Shown: positions 17,456-25,847 of the stretch, piece by piece
Numbering within the stretch: the first letter of the stretch is position 1
Layout of the letters: each line of letters starts with the position of its first letter
Source of the DNA: an uncultured Actinomycetes bacterium
GTDB lineage: Bacteria; Actinomycetota; Thermoleophilia; Solirubrobacterales; Solirubrobacteraceae
Length of the DNA: 64,000 bases
Direction: 5' to 3'
Assembly (NCBI GenBank): GCA_963788935.1
Contig: CAWBIM010000017.1
Span: 182,543-246,542 of the forward strand
Notes under the pieces: model-generated
Told to the model about the DNA's origin: nothing
The model's database searches: none
The model's input: the letters and a program-made list of their open reading frames with translations, nothing else
Program-made: the position numbers and the translations under genes

Positions 17456-19108
17456 TCAGACGCGTGGCCGCAGCTTGCGCTTCAGCTCGCCGCGCCGCCG
17501 GTCGCGCAGCACGCGCTTCGCGGCGTTGTGGCCCGACGCGCCCATGACGCCCCCGCCCGGGTGCGTGCCCGCGCCGCACAGGTACAGGCCGCCGACGGGC
17601 GTCGCGTAGCGGGCGAGGTCGGGCGACGGGCGCATGAACAGCAGCTGGGCGAGGTCCTGCTCGCCCTGGAAGATCGAGCCGCCGCGCAGGCCGAAGATCC
17701 GCTCGAGGTCCGGCGGGGCCAGCACCTCGGCGTGGACGACGGTGTCGCGGACGCCCGGCGCGACCGCGTCGAGCACCCCGAGGCAGGCGTCCATGTAGCG
17801 CTCGCGGCTGCCCTCCGGCCAGCCGGCCTCGTCGTGCGGGCCGTACTGGGTGAACATCGTCACGACGCACCCGTCGCCGTCGGCGAGCGTCGGGTCGACC
17901 GCCGACGGGACCTCGACCTCGATGTACGGGGTCGTCGCCGGCGTGCCGAGCACCGCCTCCTGCCAGGCGCGCTCGAGCGCGTCGACCGAGGCGCACTGCG
18001 CGACGCCGGTGTGCAGGAGCATCCGCTGCTCGTCCTCGGTCACGCCCGCGTACCGCGGCGGCTCCGCCAGGACGAGGTTGACCTTCACCGAGGCTCCGCG
18101 GGTGCGGTACCGGCGCATGTCGGCGACGACCTCGTCGGGGAAGTGCTCGGCGCCCGTGAGGTCGAGCACGGTCGTCTGCGGGTGCGCGCCCGAGACGACG
18201 AGCGGCGCGCTGAGCGTCTCGCCGTCGGCGAGCGTCACGCCGGTCACGGCGCCGCCGGTGACGTCGATCGAGGCGACCGGCGCGCCGGTGCGGACGGTCG
18301 CGCCGTGGGCCTCGGCGGCCCGCGCGAGGGCGAGGCTGATCGCGCCCATGCCGCCGCGCACGTGGCCCCACGCGCCGCCCGCGCCGTCGATCGAGCCGAG
18401 CTCGTGGTGGAGCAGGTTGTAGGCCGTGCCGGGCGTCCGCGGGCCGGCCCACACGCCGACGACGCCGGTCGAGGCGAGGCAGCCCTTGAGCGCGTCGTGC
18501 TCGAACCAGTCGTCGAGCAGGTCGCCGACCGACATCGTCATGAGCCGGTAGAGCTCGTGCAGGCGCGTGCGCGACAGGCCGGCGCTCCGGCCCGCCCACG
18601 TCACGAGCGAGGCGAGGTCGGCCGGGTGGCGCGAGCCGACGTCCGGCGGCGGCTTGAGCATCAGCGGGCGGATGAAGGACGCGGCGCGCTCGAGCAGCGC
18701 CATGAACTCCGGGTAGACCGCGGCGTCCTTGCGCGAGATCCGGGCGATCGACGCCTGCGCGGCGGCGTCGTCGCCGTGGAAGAAGACCGGCGTGCCGTCC
18801 GCGACCGTCGCGTAGGCGGGGTCGAGCGGGATCGGCTCGTAGCCGTGCTCGCGCAGGCGCAGGTCCGCGACGACCTTCGCCTGGAGCATCGAGACGACGT
18901 ACGACGCGCGCGAGACGCGGTAGCCGGGCCACAGCTCCTCGGTGACGCACGCGCCGCCGAGCACGTCGCGGCGCTCGAGCACGCAGACGTCGAGGCCCGC
19001 ACGGGCGAGATAGGCGGCCGCCGTGAGCCCGTTGTGACCGCCTCCGACGACGATGGCATCGTGACTGACGATTTCGTCAGTCTGCCGCATCCCGTGGTCG
19101 GAGGGCAA
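17456..19108 (-). CDS. phytoene desaturase-family NAD(P)/FAD-dependent oxidoreductase (CrtI-like)
   Basis: 550 aa. Dinucleotide fold HDAIVVGGGHNGLTAAAYLARAGLDVCVLERRDVLGG. C-terminal GLYLCGAGTHPGGGVMGASG. Confidence 0.85.
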   Translation of the reverse strand: MPSDHGMRQTDEIVSHDAIVVGGGHNGLTAAAYLARAGLDVCVLERRDVLGGACVTEELWPGYRVSRASYVVSMLQAKVVADLRLREHGYEPIPLDPAYATVADGTPVFFHGDDAAAQASIARISRKDAAVYPEFMALLERAASFIRPLMLKPPPDVGSRHPADLASLVTWAGRSAGLSRTRLHELYRLMTMSVGDLLDDWFEHDALKGCLASTGVVGVWAGPRTPGTAYNLLHHELGSIDGAGGAWGHVRGGMGAISLALARAAEAHGATVRTGAPVASIDVTGGAVTGVTLADGETLSAPLVVSGAHPQTTVLDLTGAEHFPDEVVADMRRYRTRGASVKVNLVLAEPPRYAGVTEDEQRMLLHTGVAQCASVDALERAWQEAVLGTPATTPYIEVEVPSAVDPTLADGDGCVVTMFTQYGPHDEAGWPEGSRERYMDACLGVLDAVAPGVRDTVVHAEVLAPPDLERIFGLRGGSIFQGEQDLAQLLFMRPSPDLARYATPVGGLYLCGAGTHPGGGVMGASGHNAAKRVLRDRRRGELKRKLRPRV

Positions 19109-19182
19109 GTCCCGCGGATCGCCGCAAGGTTGCCGCGGTTGGCGCGTTGGAGGTCGCGGACTCGCTGACGAAGGGAGATGGG

Positions 19183-20736
19183 ATGTCGATGTCGCCGGCC
19201 GTTCCTCGGAGCCGGATCGCGCTCGCCGCGGTGCTCGCGGCGCTGACCGCCGCGGCGGTGATCGCCACGGCCGGCGCGGCGCCCGCGGCCGCCGCGGCCT
19301 GGACCTGCGACGCGAGCGCGGTGCGCGGCACGCTCGCCACGGCCCCGGCCTTCGAGCCGGTCACCGCCAACCGCGGGGCCGCCTCGTGCGCGCCGGCGAC
19401 GGCGGGCGGCGCGAGCGCACTGGCCGCCCTGCCCGTCGGCCTCAGCGGCGGCGGCCTCGCGGCGTCGACGAGCCTCGCCCCCGGACAGGGCGACGCCGGC
19501 CAGCAGGTGGCGACCGCCACCGCGAGCCTCGGCGACCTGCGCATCCTCCCGCTCCCCGGCCAGATCCCCGCGCCGCCGATCCCGACGCCGTTCCTGGCGG
19601 TCCAGATCCCCGGCGGCCCGAGCGTCGACCTGACCCCGGCGATCCTCGCGCTGCTCACGCCGCCGGCCGAACTGCTGTCCCTGCAGTCGGCCACGAGCCG
19701 CGTGACCGGCCGCTGCTCGGGCGGCGTGCCGACGACGACGGGCACGTCGACGGCCGGCGGGCTGCGCGTCCTGGGCCGCGACATCCCGAGCGGACCGGTG
19801 GACCAGCTGCTGGAGGTCGCCGCCGCCCGGACGATCTCGCCCTCCGCGCTCGACCTGTCGAAGGTGACCCTGCCCGGCGGCGCCGCACTGCCCGCCGCGC
19901 TGATCGCGCCGCTGCAGACCGCGCTCGCCGCGCTCCCGCCGATCGAGCTCCCCGCCCAGGTCGGGCAGCTGAGCGTGCGCCCCGGCGAGGAGATCCGCTC
20001 GGGCGGCCGCCTCACCCGCCGCGCCCTGCACGTCACGCTCGGGCTCGGGGGCGTGACGATCCTCGACGCCGTGCTCGGCGAGGCGTCGGTCGGCGCCAAC
20101 GGCGTGACCTGCGGCGGCGCCGCCCAGGTCGCGGCCGAGCAGGCGCTGCAGTGCACGACACGCCGGCTCGTGCTCGTCGACGTCCTCGAGCGCGCGGGCC
20201 GTGTACGGCTCATGGGCGTCGCGGACCGGCGCCTGATCGGCCGCACGGTCGACATCCGCTTCGTCACGCTCAAGCGCAACAGCCGCGGTCGCCGGGTCGC
20301 GCGGGCGCGGGTCGGCCGCAACGGCGTGTTCCGCGCGACCGCGCCGCTGCCCGCCCGCAAGCTGCGGCGCTCGAACCGCGCCCGCTACCAGGCGGTGCTC
20401 GGCCGGGAGAAGTCGCTGCGGCTCAAGCTCGTCCGGCGCATGGCGCTCGAGGCCGTCCGCAGCGGCAGGGGCCGTGTGACGATCTCCGGCCGCGTGCGCG
20501 GGCCGCTCGCCGACCCGGTCGCGCCGATCGTCGTGCGCCGCCGCGTGTCGTGCTCGCGGACCGTCGTCGTGCGCCGCGTGCGCCCGGCGCGCGACGGGCG
20601 CTTCCGGGTGACGCTCGCCGGGCCGCCGCGCGCGCTCGCCGCGACCTACCGCTTCCAGACGAAGGTCCGCCGCAAGACGACGAACCCCAAGCTGTTCCCG
20701 ACGTTCACGCTGCCGCGCTCGGTCGAGTTCCGCTAG
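19183..20736 (+). CDS. secreted hypothetical protein with Arg-rich beta C-terminal domain
   Basis: AAGGGAG lies 5-6 nt before ATG 19183. Signal MSMSPAVPRSRIALAAVLAALTAAAVIATAGA. 517 aa. No family recognised. Confidence 0.6.
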   Translation: MSMSPAVPRSRIALAAVLAALTAAAVIATAGAAPAAAAAWTCDASAVRGTLATAPAFEPVTANRGAASCAPATAGGASALAALPVGLSGGGLAASTSLAPGQGDAGQQVATATASLGDLRILPLPGQIPAPPIPTPFLAVQIPGGPSVDLTPAILALLTPPAELLSLQSATSRVTGRCSGGVPTTTGTSTAGGLRVLGRDIPSGPVDQLLEVAAARTISPSALDLSKVTLPGGAALPAALIAPLQTALAALPPIELPAQVGQLSVRPGEEIRSGGRLTRRALHVTLGLGGVTILDAVLGEASVGANGVTCGGAAQVAAEQALQCTTRRLVLVDVLERAGRVRLMGVADRRLIGRTVDIRFVTLKRNSRGRRVARARVGRNGVFRATAPLPARKLRRSNRARYQAVLGREKSLRLKLVRRMALEAVRSGRGRVTISGRVRGPLADPVAPIVVRRRVSCSRTVVVRRVRPARDGRFRVTLAGPPRALAATYRFQTKVRRKTTNPKLFPTFTLPRSVEFR

Positions 20737-20745
20737 AAGGAGGGC

Positions 20746-21261
20746 ATGGACCTTCGCGAACTGCAGCGCCCGCTCAAGGAGCAGTACCGCTCGGACCCCT
20801 CGTCGTCGCGCATCACGCTCACCGCGCGCGGCGGCGAGGCCTCCGAGGCCATGCCGACCCAGTGCTCGGTGGACCTCGGCCGGGCGATCCACGAGGCGCA
20901 GGCGCATCCCGGGGTGGGCGGTCCGGGCACGGGCGCCTGCTCGGGCGACCTCCTGCTCGGCGCGCTGGCCGCGTGCGCGCAGCTCACGTGCCAGATGGTC
21001 GCGACCGCGATGGGCCTCGAGGCCAAGCGCATCGAGGTCGTGGTCGAGGGCGACCTCGACCTGCGCGGGACGCTCGGGATCGACCGCGAGGTCGGCGCCG
21101 GCTTCGACGCGATCCGGATGCGCTTCGAGATCGACGCGCCCGATGCGAGCGAGGAGGACCTCGAGGGCCTCATGACCCGGACGGAGCGCTACTGCACCGT
21201 GCTGCAGACGCTGCGCAACCCGCCCGCGATCGAGGCGGTCCGCGCGCCCGCCGCCGCCTGA
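20746..21261 (+). CDS. OsmC family protein
   Basis: 171 aa. GACSGDLLLGALAACAQLTCQMVA and ERYCTVLQTL are typical OsmC/Ohr fold motifs. Confidence 0.8.
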   Translation: MDLRELQRPLKEQYRSDPSSSRITLTARGGEASEAMPTQCSVDLGRAIHEAQAHPGVGGPGTGACSGDLLLGALAACAQLTCQMVATAMGLEAKRIEVVVEGDLDLRGTLGIDREVGAGFDAIRMRFEIDAPDASEEDLEGLMTRTERYCTVLQTLRNPPAIEAVRAPAAA

Positions 21262-21348
21262 CCGCGCGCGCCGCCGGGGCGCCACGGTAGGGCTATCCCC
21301 ATCGCGACGGACGCCCGCTGGCGCCATGATGAGCCGGTCGTCTGCGCC

Positions 21349-22674
21349 ATGGCGCGCCGGGTCGGCCGCGCCGACGATGCCACCATGCACTCCTACGTCA
21401 CGGAACCGCCGACCCTGGGCCTCGCCGGTCGCAGCCGCCCGCAGTGGGCGGCGGCATGGGCCACGCGTCTCGGCCTCGACACCGCCTACCTCCTCCTCGG
21501 CCTCCCGGCCGGCGTCATCGCCTTCAGCGTCGTCATCTCCGGATGGGCGACGGCGCTCGGCCTCGCGATCACGCTGATCGGCCTCCCGATCGCGATGGCC
21601 ACGATCATCGTCTCGCGCGGGATGGCCAACGTCGAGCGCTGGCGCGCGGCGCTCGTCCTCGGCGGGCCGGTGCGTGCCCGCTACCGGCCGATCACCACCG
21701 GCCGGATCCTCGAGCGCCTGAAGGCGCTGTTCGCCGACAGCCAGACCTGGAAGGACCTGGGCTGGCACCTGCTCCTGCTCCCGGTCGGCATCGTCGGCTT
21801 CACCGTCGCGGTCTGCTGCTGGGCGTGGACGGTCGCGTGCCTGACCGTGCCGCTCTGGTTCTCGCTGCCGGCCGACCCGGTCCAGATCGCCGGGATCGAC
21901 GTCGACACCTGGTGGTGGGCCTTGCTGTTCTTCGCCGCCGGCGTCGTCACGCTGCCGATCTCGGTCTGCCTGCTGCGCGGCACCGCCGCCGGCACGGGCT
22001 CGCTCGCGCGGCTCCTGCTCGGGGCCGACACCGAGGAGCTCTCCGAGCGCGTCGAGGTCCTGACCGAGACCCGCGCGGGCGCCGTCGACGCCGCCGCGGC
22101 CGAGCTCGAGCGCATCGAGCGCGACCTGCACGACGGCGCGCAGGCGCGTCTCGTCGCGCTCGCGCTGGACCTCGGGATGGCCGAGGAGCGCTTCGAGCGC
22201 GACCCCGACGGCGCGCGCGAGCTCGTCGAGAAGGCGCGCGACGAGGCGAAGCTCGCGCTCGCCGAGCTGCGCGACCTCGCCCGCGGGATGCGCCCGGCCC
22301 TGCTCGCCGAGCGCGGCCTCCCCGAGGCGATCCGCGCGCTCGCGTCGCGCACGCAGCTGCCGACGGCGGTGTCCGTCGAGCCCGGCGGCCGCGTCGCCCC
22401 GGCGGTCGAGTCGGCCGCGTACTTCGTCGTCGCCGAGGCGCTCACCAACGCCGTCAAGCACAGTCACGCGGCGCGCCTGACCGTGGACGTCTCCCGCGAC
22501 GGCGACCTCCTGGTCGTGCAGGTCGCCGACGACGGCGAGGGCGGCGCCGACCCGTCGGGCAGCGGCCTGACCGGCCTGCGCAAGCGCATCGAGGCCCTCG
22601 ACGGCGCGCTGCGCATCGCGAGCCCGCCCGGCGGCCCCACCCTCCTGCACGCGGAGATCCCGTGCGGGTCGTGA
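21349..22674 (+). CDS. sensor histidine kinase (HisKA_3 / LiaS-DesK type) with membrane sensor domain
   Basis: H-box ERIERDLHDGAQARLVAL. ATPase blocks YFVVAEALTNAVKHS and DDGEGGADPSGSGLTGLRKRIEALDG. N-terminal polytopic region. ATG 21385 is an alternative start. Confidence 0.88.
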   Translation: MARRVGRADDATMHSYVTEPPTLGLAGRSRPQWAAAWATRLGLDTAYLLLGLPAGVIAFSVVISGWATALGLAITLIGLPIAMATIIVSRGMANVERWRAALVLGGPVRARYRPITTGRILERLKALFADSQTWKDLGWHLLLLPVGIVGFTVAVCCWAWTVACLTVPLWFSLPADPVQIAGIDVDTWWWALLFFAAGVVTLPISVCLLRGTAAGTGSLARLLLGADTEELSERVEVLTETRAGAVDAAAAELERIERDLHDGAQARLVALALDLGMAEERFERDPDGARELVEKARDEAKLALAELRDLARGMRPALLAERGLPEAIRALASRTQLPTAVSVEPGGRVAPAVESAAYFVVAEALTNAVKHSHAARLTVDVSRDGDLLVVQVADDGEGGADPSGSGLTGLRKRIEALDGALRIASPPGGPTLLHAEIPCGS

Positions 22675-23306
22675 TCGCCGAGGACCTCGCGCTCCTGCGC
22701 GACGGGCTCACGCGCCTGCTCACCGAGAGCGGCTTCGAGGTCGTCGCCGCGGTCGAGGACGGGCCCGGGCTCGTCCGCGCCGTGATGGGCCACAAGCCGG
22801 ACGTCTGCGTCGTCGACGTCCGGCTGCCGCCGACGTTCACCGACGAGGGCGTCCGGGCGGCGCTGGAGGCGCGCGCGCTGATGCCCGGGCTGCCGGTGCT
22901 CGTGCTCTCGCAGTACGTCGAGCGGACGTTCGCGGCGGAGCTGCTCTCCGACGGCCGCGGCGGCGTCGGCTACCTGCTGAAGGACCGCGTCGCCGACGTC
23001 CGCGAGTTCGTCGACGCCGTGCGGCGCGTGGCCGAGGGCGGCACGGCGATGGATCCCGAGGCTGTCGCCCAGCTGCTCGGCGGGCGCTCCGAGGACAGCG
23101 TGCTCGACGAGCTCACGCCGCGCGAGCGCGAGGTCCTCGGCCTGATGGCCGAGGGCCGCACGAACCACGCGATCGCCGAGCGCCTCGTCGTCACCGAGGG
23201 GGCGGTCGAGAAGCACGTGTCGAACATCTTCGGCAAGCTCGGCCTGCCGCCCTCCGACACCGACCACCGGCGGGTCCTCGCCGTGCTCGCGTTCGTCAAC
23301 GGCTGA
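22662..23306 (+). CDS. LuxR/NarL-family response regulator
   Basis: GTG 22662 gives VRVVIAEDLALLRDGL..DVCVVDVRLPP..VLVLSQY..GYLLKD. HTH is LTPREREVLGLMAEGRTNHAIAERLVVTEGAVEKHVSNIF. Overlaps the kinase stop by 13 nt. Confidence 0.9.
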   Translation: MRVVIAEDLALLRDGLTRLLTESGFEVVAAVEDGPGLVRAVMGHKPDVCVVDVRLPPTFTDEGVRAALEARALMPGLPVLVLSQYVERTFAAELLSDGRGGVGYLLKDRVADVREFVDAVRRVAEGGTAMDPEAVAQLLGGRSEDSVLDELTPREREVLGLMAEGRTNHAIAERLVVTEGAVEKHVSNIFGKLGLPPSDTDHRRVLAVLAFVNG

Positions 23307-23339
23307 CCCGCGGGCGGCGCATGACATACGTTTCAGGGC

Positions 23340-24755
23340 GTGGAGCGCCGAACGAAGATCGTGGCCACGATCGGCCCCGCCTCGAGCGACCCCGAGGTGC
23401 TCGTCCGGATGGTCGAGGCCGGGATGGACGTCGCTCGGCTGAACTTCAGCCACGGCACCGCCGAGCAGCATGAGCAGATGGCCACCCGGGTCCGCGAGGC
23501 GGCCGGCCGGGCCGGGCGCCCCGTGGCGGTCATGCAGGACCTCCCCGGCCCGAAACTGCGCATCGGCGCGCTGCGGGACGGGACCGCCGACCTCGGCGTC
23601 GGCGACCACCTGACCTTCGTCTGCAACGGCGACACCGGCGAGCTCGGCGACGCCGGGCGGATGACGATCACGTGGCCCGGCCTCGCGGCCGCGGTCGAGC
23701 CGGGCGAGATCATGTACCTGCTCGACGGCTCGATCCGCCTGCGCGTGACGGGCACCCGCGCGGGAGACGGCGAGATCGACACCGAGGTCGAGGTCGGCGG
23801 CACCGTCGCCTCGCGCCAGGGGCTGAACATCCCGGGCGAGACGACCGACCTCCCGGCGGTCCCGCAGGAGGACCTCGAGCACCTGCGCGTCGGCATGAAG
23901 ATCGGCGTCGACCTCGTCGCGCTGAGCTTCGTGCGGCGGCCCGAGGACGTCACGTTCGTGCGCGAGCACACCCGCACGCCGCTGATCGTCAAGATCGAGA
24001 AGCCGCAGGCCGTCGAGCGCGCCGAGGCGATCCTCAAGGTCTCCGACTGCGTCATGGTCGCCCGCGGCGACCTCGGCATCGAGATGCCGATCGAGCAGGT
24101 CCCGATCGTGCAGAAGAAGCTGCTGGCGATCGCCGGCGCCCTCGCGCGGCCGTCGATCACCGCGACGCAGATGCTCGACTCGATGGTGACCTCGGCCCGG
24201 CCGACCCGCGCCGAGGTCGCCGACGTCGCCAACGCGATCCTCGACGGGACCGACGCGGTGATGCTCTCGCAGGAGACCGCCGTGGGCCAGCACCCGGTCG
24301 GCGCGATCGAGATGATGGCGGCGGTGGCGAAGGTCACCGAGCGCGAGCTGCCCTACGACCGTTGGAACGAGCTGCGCGTCCGCCGCGACGAGCGCGACCC
24401 GGCCTACACCCTCGCCCACAGCGCGTGCGTCGCGGCCCGCGAGCTGTCGCTCGACGCGCTCGTCGTCCCGACGCTCTCCGGGCGCTCCGCCCGCCTGATC
24501 TCCGCGCACCGGCCGAACGTGCCGATCTACGCGCTGTCGCCGGGCCGGGAGACGGTCCGCCGCTGCGGGCTGATGTGGGGCGTGAAGGCCGCGTCGATGC
24601 CGCGCCACGAGATCACCGAGGCGCTGATCGCGGACGCGGCTTCGCGGGTCATCGAGCTCGGCTGGTGCAAGCGCGGGCAGCGCGTCGGGATCACGGCCGG
24701 CCTGCCCAGCGGCCGCCCCGGCACGACGAGCCTCTTCCAGGTCCAGCAGCTCTGA
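23340..24755 (+). CDS. pyk: pyruvate kinase
   Basis: RRTKIVATIGPAS..GMDVARLNFSHG..MVARGDLGIEMP..TQMLDSM..ILDGTDAVMLSQETA. 471 aa. Confidence 0.93.
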   Translation: MERRTKIVATIGPASSDPEVLVRMVEAGMDVARLNFSHGTAEQHEQMATRVREAAGRAGRPVAVMQDLPGPKLRIGALRDGTADLGVGDHLTFVCNGDTGELGDAGRMTITWPGLAAAVEPGEIMYLLDGSIRLRVTGTRAGDGEIDTEVEVGGTVASRQGLNIPGETTDLPAVPQEDLEHLRVGMKIGVDLVALSFVRRPEDVTFVREHTRTPLIVKIEKPQAVERAEAILKVSDCVMVARGDLGIEMPIEQVPIVQKKLLAIAGALARPSITATQMLDSMVTSARPTRAEVADVANAILDGTDAVMLSQETAVGQHPVGAIEMMAAVAKVTERELPYDRWNELRVRRDERDPAYTLAHSACVAARELSLDALVVPTLSGRSARLISAHRPNVPIYALSPGRETVRRCGLMWGVKAASMPRHEITEALIADAASRVIELGWCKRGQRVGITAGLPSGRPGTTSLFQVQQL

Positions 24756-24756
24756 G

Positions 24757-25410
24757 ATGGCCGGCGACCCGACACCCGCCCTGGCCACCCGCCGCCGCGT
24801 CCTCGAGCTCGCCGAGACCCAGCGCTTCGTGCACCACGTCGCCGACCTCGACACGGGCGAGGTCGTCACGACGGAGCTCGACCGCCCGGTCACGCCGATC
24901 TCGCGCGCGGCGCGGCTGAGCCGCTTCGGCCCCGTCTTCGACCCGACGATCTTCGGGCACCCGATCTACCGTCTCGGCGCGCGCACGCCCTACCAGGCCA
25001 CGCCCGAGGGCTGGATCGAGCTGACCCGGCCGACGAGCACCGCGCCGGCGGTGGACACCGTCTACTGGGACCTCCCGCGCGACTACGACTTCCACGGCAG
25101 CTTCGCCGGGATGTTCCTCACGTTCACCGAGATGCCGACGAGCCGCACGCTCGCGAGCTTCACCCTGTCCGGCCACGCGTTCGCCGGGACCACGGGCACG
25201 CTCATGTTCTCGATGCAGCTCATCCCGAACCCGGTGTACATCCCGGTCGACGCGAACTTCGGCCACCACACCGTCGACCTGACGTTCGTGCCGCCCCAGC
25301 GCCTGATGTACATCACGATGGGGCTGACGGCGAACATCGAGCTGCTGGCGTTCTCGGGCATGACGCTCGGGACGGCGCCGCTCGTGCTCGAGCCCGGCGT
25401 CTTCGCCTGA
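24757..25410 (+). CDS. hypothetical protein (217 aa), no recognisable family
   Basis: Starts 1 nt after the pyk stop. Non-biased composition (VYWDLPRDYDFHGSFAGMFLTFTEMP, MFSMQLIPNPVYIPVDANFGHHTVDLTFVPPQRLMYITMG). No signal peptide or TM. Confidence 0.6.
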   Translation: MAGDPTPALATRRRVLELAETQRFVHHVADLDTGEVVTTELDRPVTPISRAARLSRFGPVFDPTIFGHPIYRLGARTPYQATPEGWIELTRPTSTAPAVDTVYWDLPRDYDFHGSFAGMFLTFTEMPTSRTLASFTLSGHAFAGTTGTLMFSMQLIPNPVYIPVDANFGHHTVDLTFVPPQRLMYITMGLTANIELLAFSGMTLGTAPLVLEPGVFA

Positions 25411-25411
25411 A

Positions 25412-25438
25412 CCCCGACGACCCCGACGACCCCGACGA
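25412..25438. repeat. 3 perfect tandem copies of the 9-mer ccccgacga in a 41-nt intergenic spacer
   Basis: Read directly: ccccgacga at 25412-20, 25421-29 and 25430-38. Confidence 0.9.
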
Positions 25439-25451
25439 AGGGACCCGCCCC

Positions 25452-25832
25452 ATGATGGTCATGCCCGCCCGCAACCCGGACGCCGCCACCGAGCACCGGA
25501 CCGACACGTTCTCCGGCGACGTGTGGGGCACCCCGATCGTCCCGGCGGCCGAGGGCGTCATGGTCAACCACGTCCACTTCGCGCCGGGCGGCCGGACGCA
25601 CTGGCACACGCACGAGACCGGCCAGGTGCTCATCGTCACCGCGGGCGAGGGCCGCGCGCGGACCGAGGGCGAGGACGAGCACGTCATCCGCGCGGGCGAC
25701 GTCGTCTGGATCCCGGCCGGCGAGCGCCACTGGCACGGCGCGGGGCCCGACAGCTTCATGGCCCACATCGCCGTGTCGATCGGGCCGATCGACTGGCAGG
25801 ACCCGGTGACCGACGAGCAGTACGCGGGCTGA
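25452..25832 (+). CDS. cupin domain protein
   Basis: 126 aa. VHFAPGGRTHWHTHETGQVLIVTAGEG..GDVVWIPAGERHWHGA (two-His cupin motifs). Confidence 0.85.
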   Translation: MMVMPARNPDAATEHRTDTFSGDVWGTPIVPAAEGVMVNHVHFAPGGRTHWHTHETGQVLIVTAGEGRARTEGEDEHVIRAGDVVWIPAGERHWHGAGPDSFMAHIAVSIGPIDWQDPVTDEQYAG

Positions 25833-25847
25833 GGCGACGCGCGCGGC

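Noticed and set aside
18661-22650. 1329-aa minus-strand ORF
   Set aside because: It is antisense to the secreted protein, OsmC and histidine kinase genes. Its sequence is Arg/Gly/Ala-rich with no family motifs.
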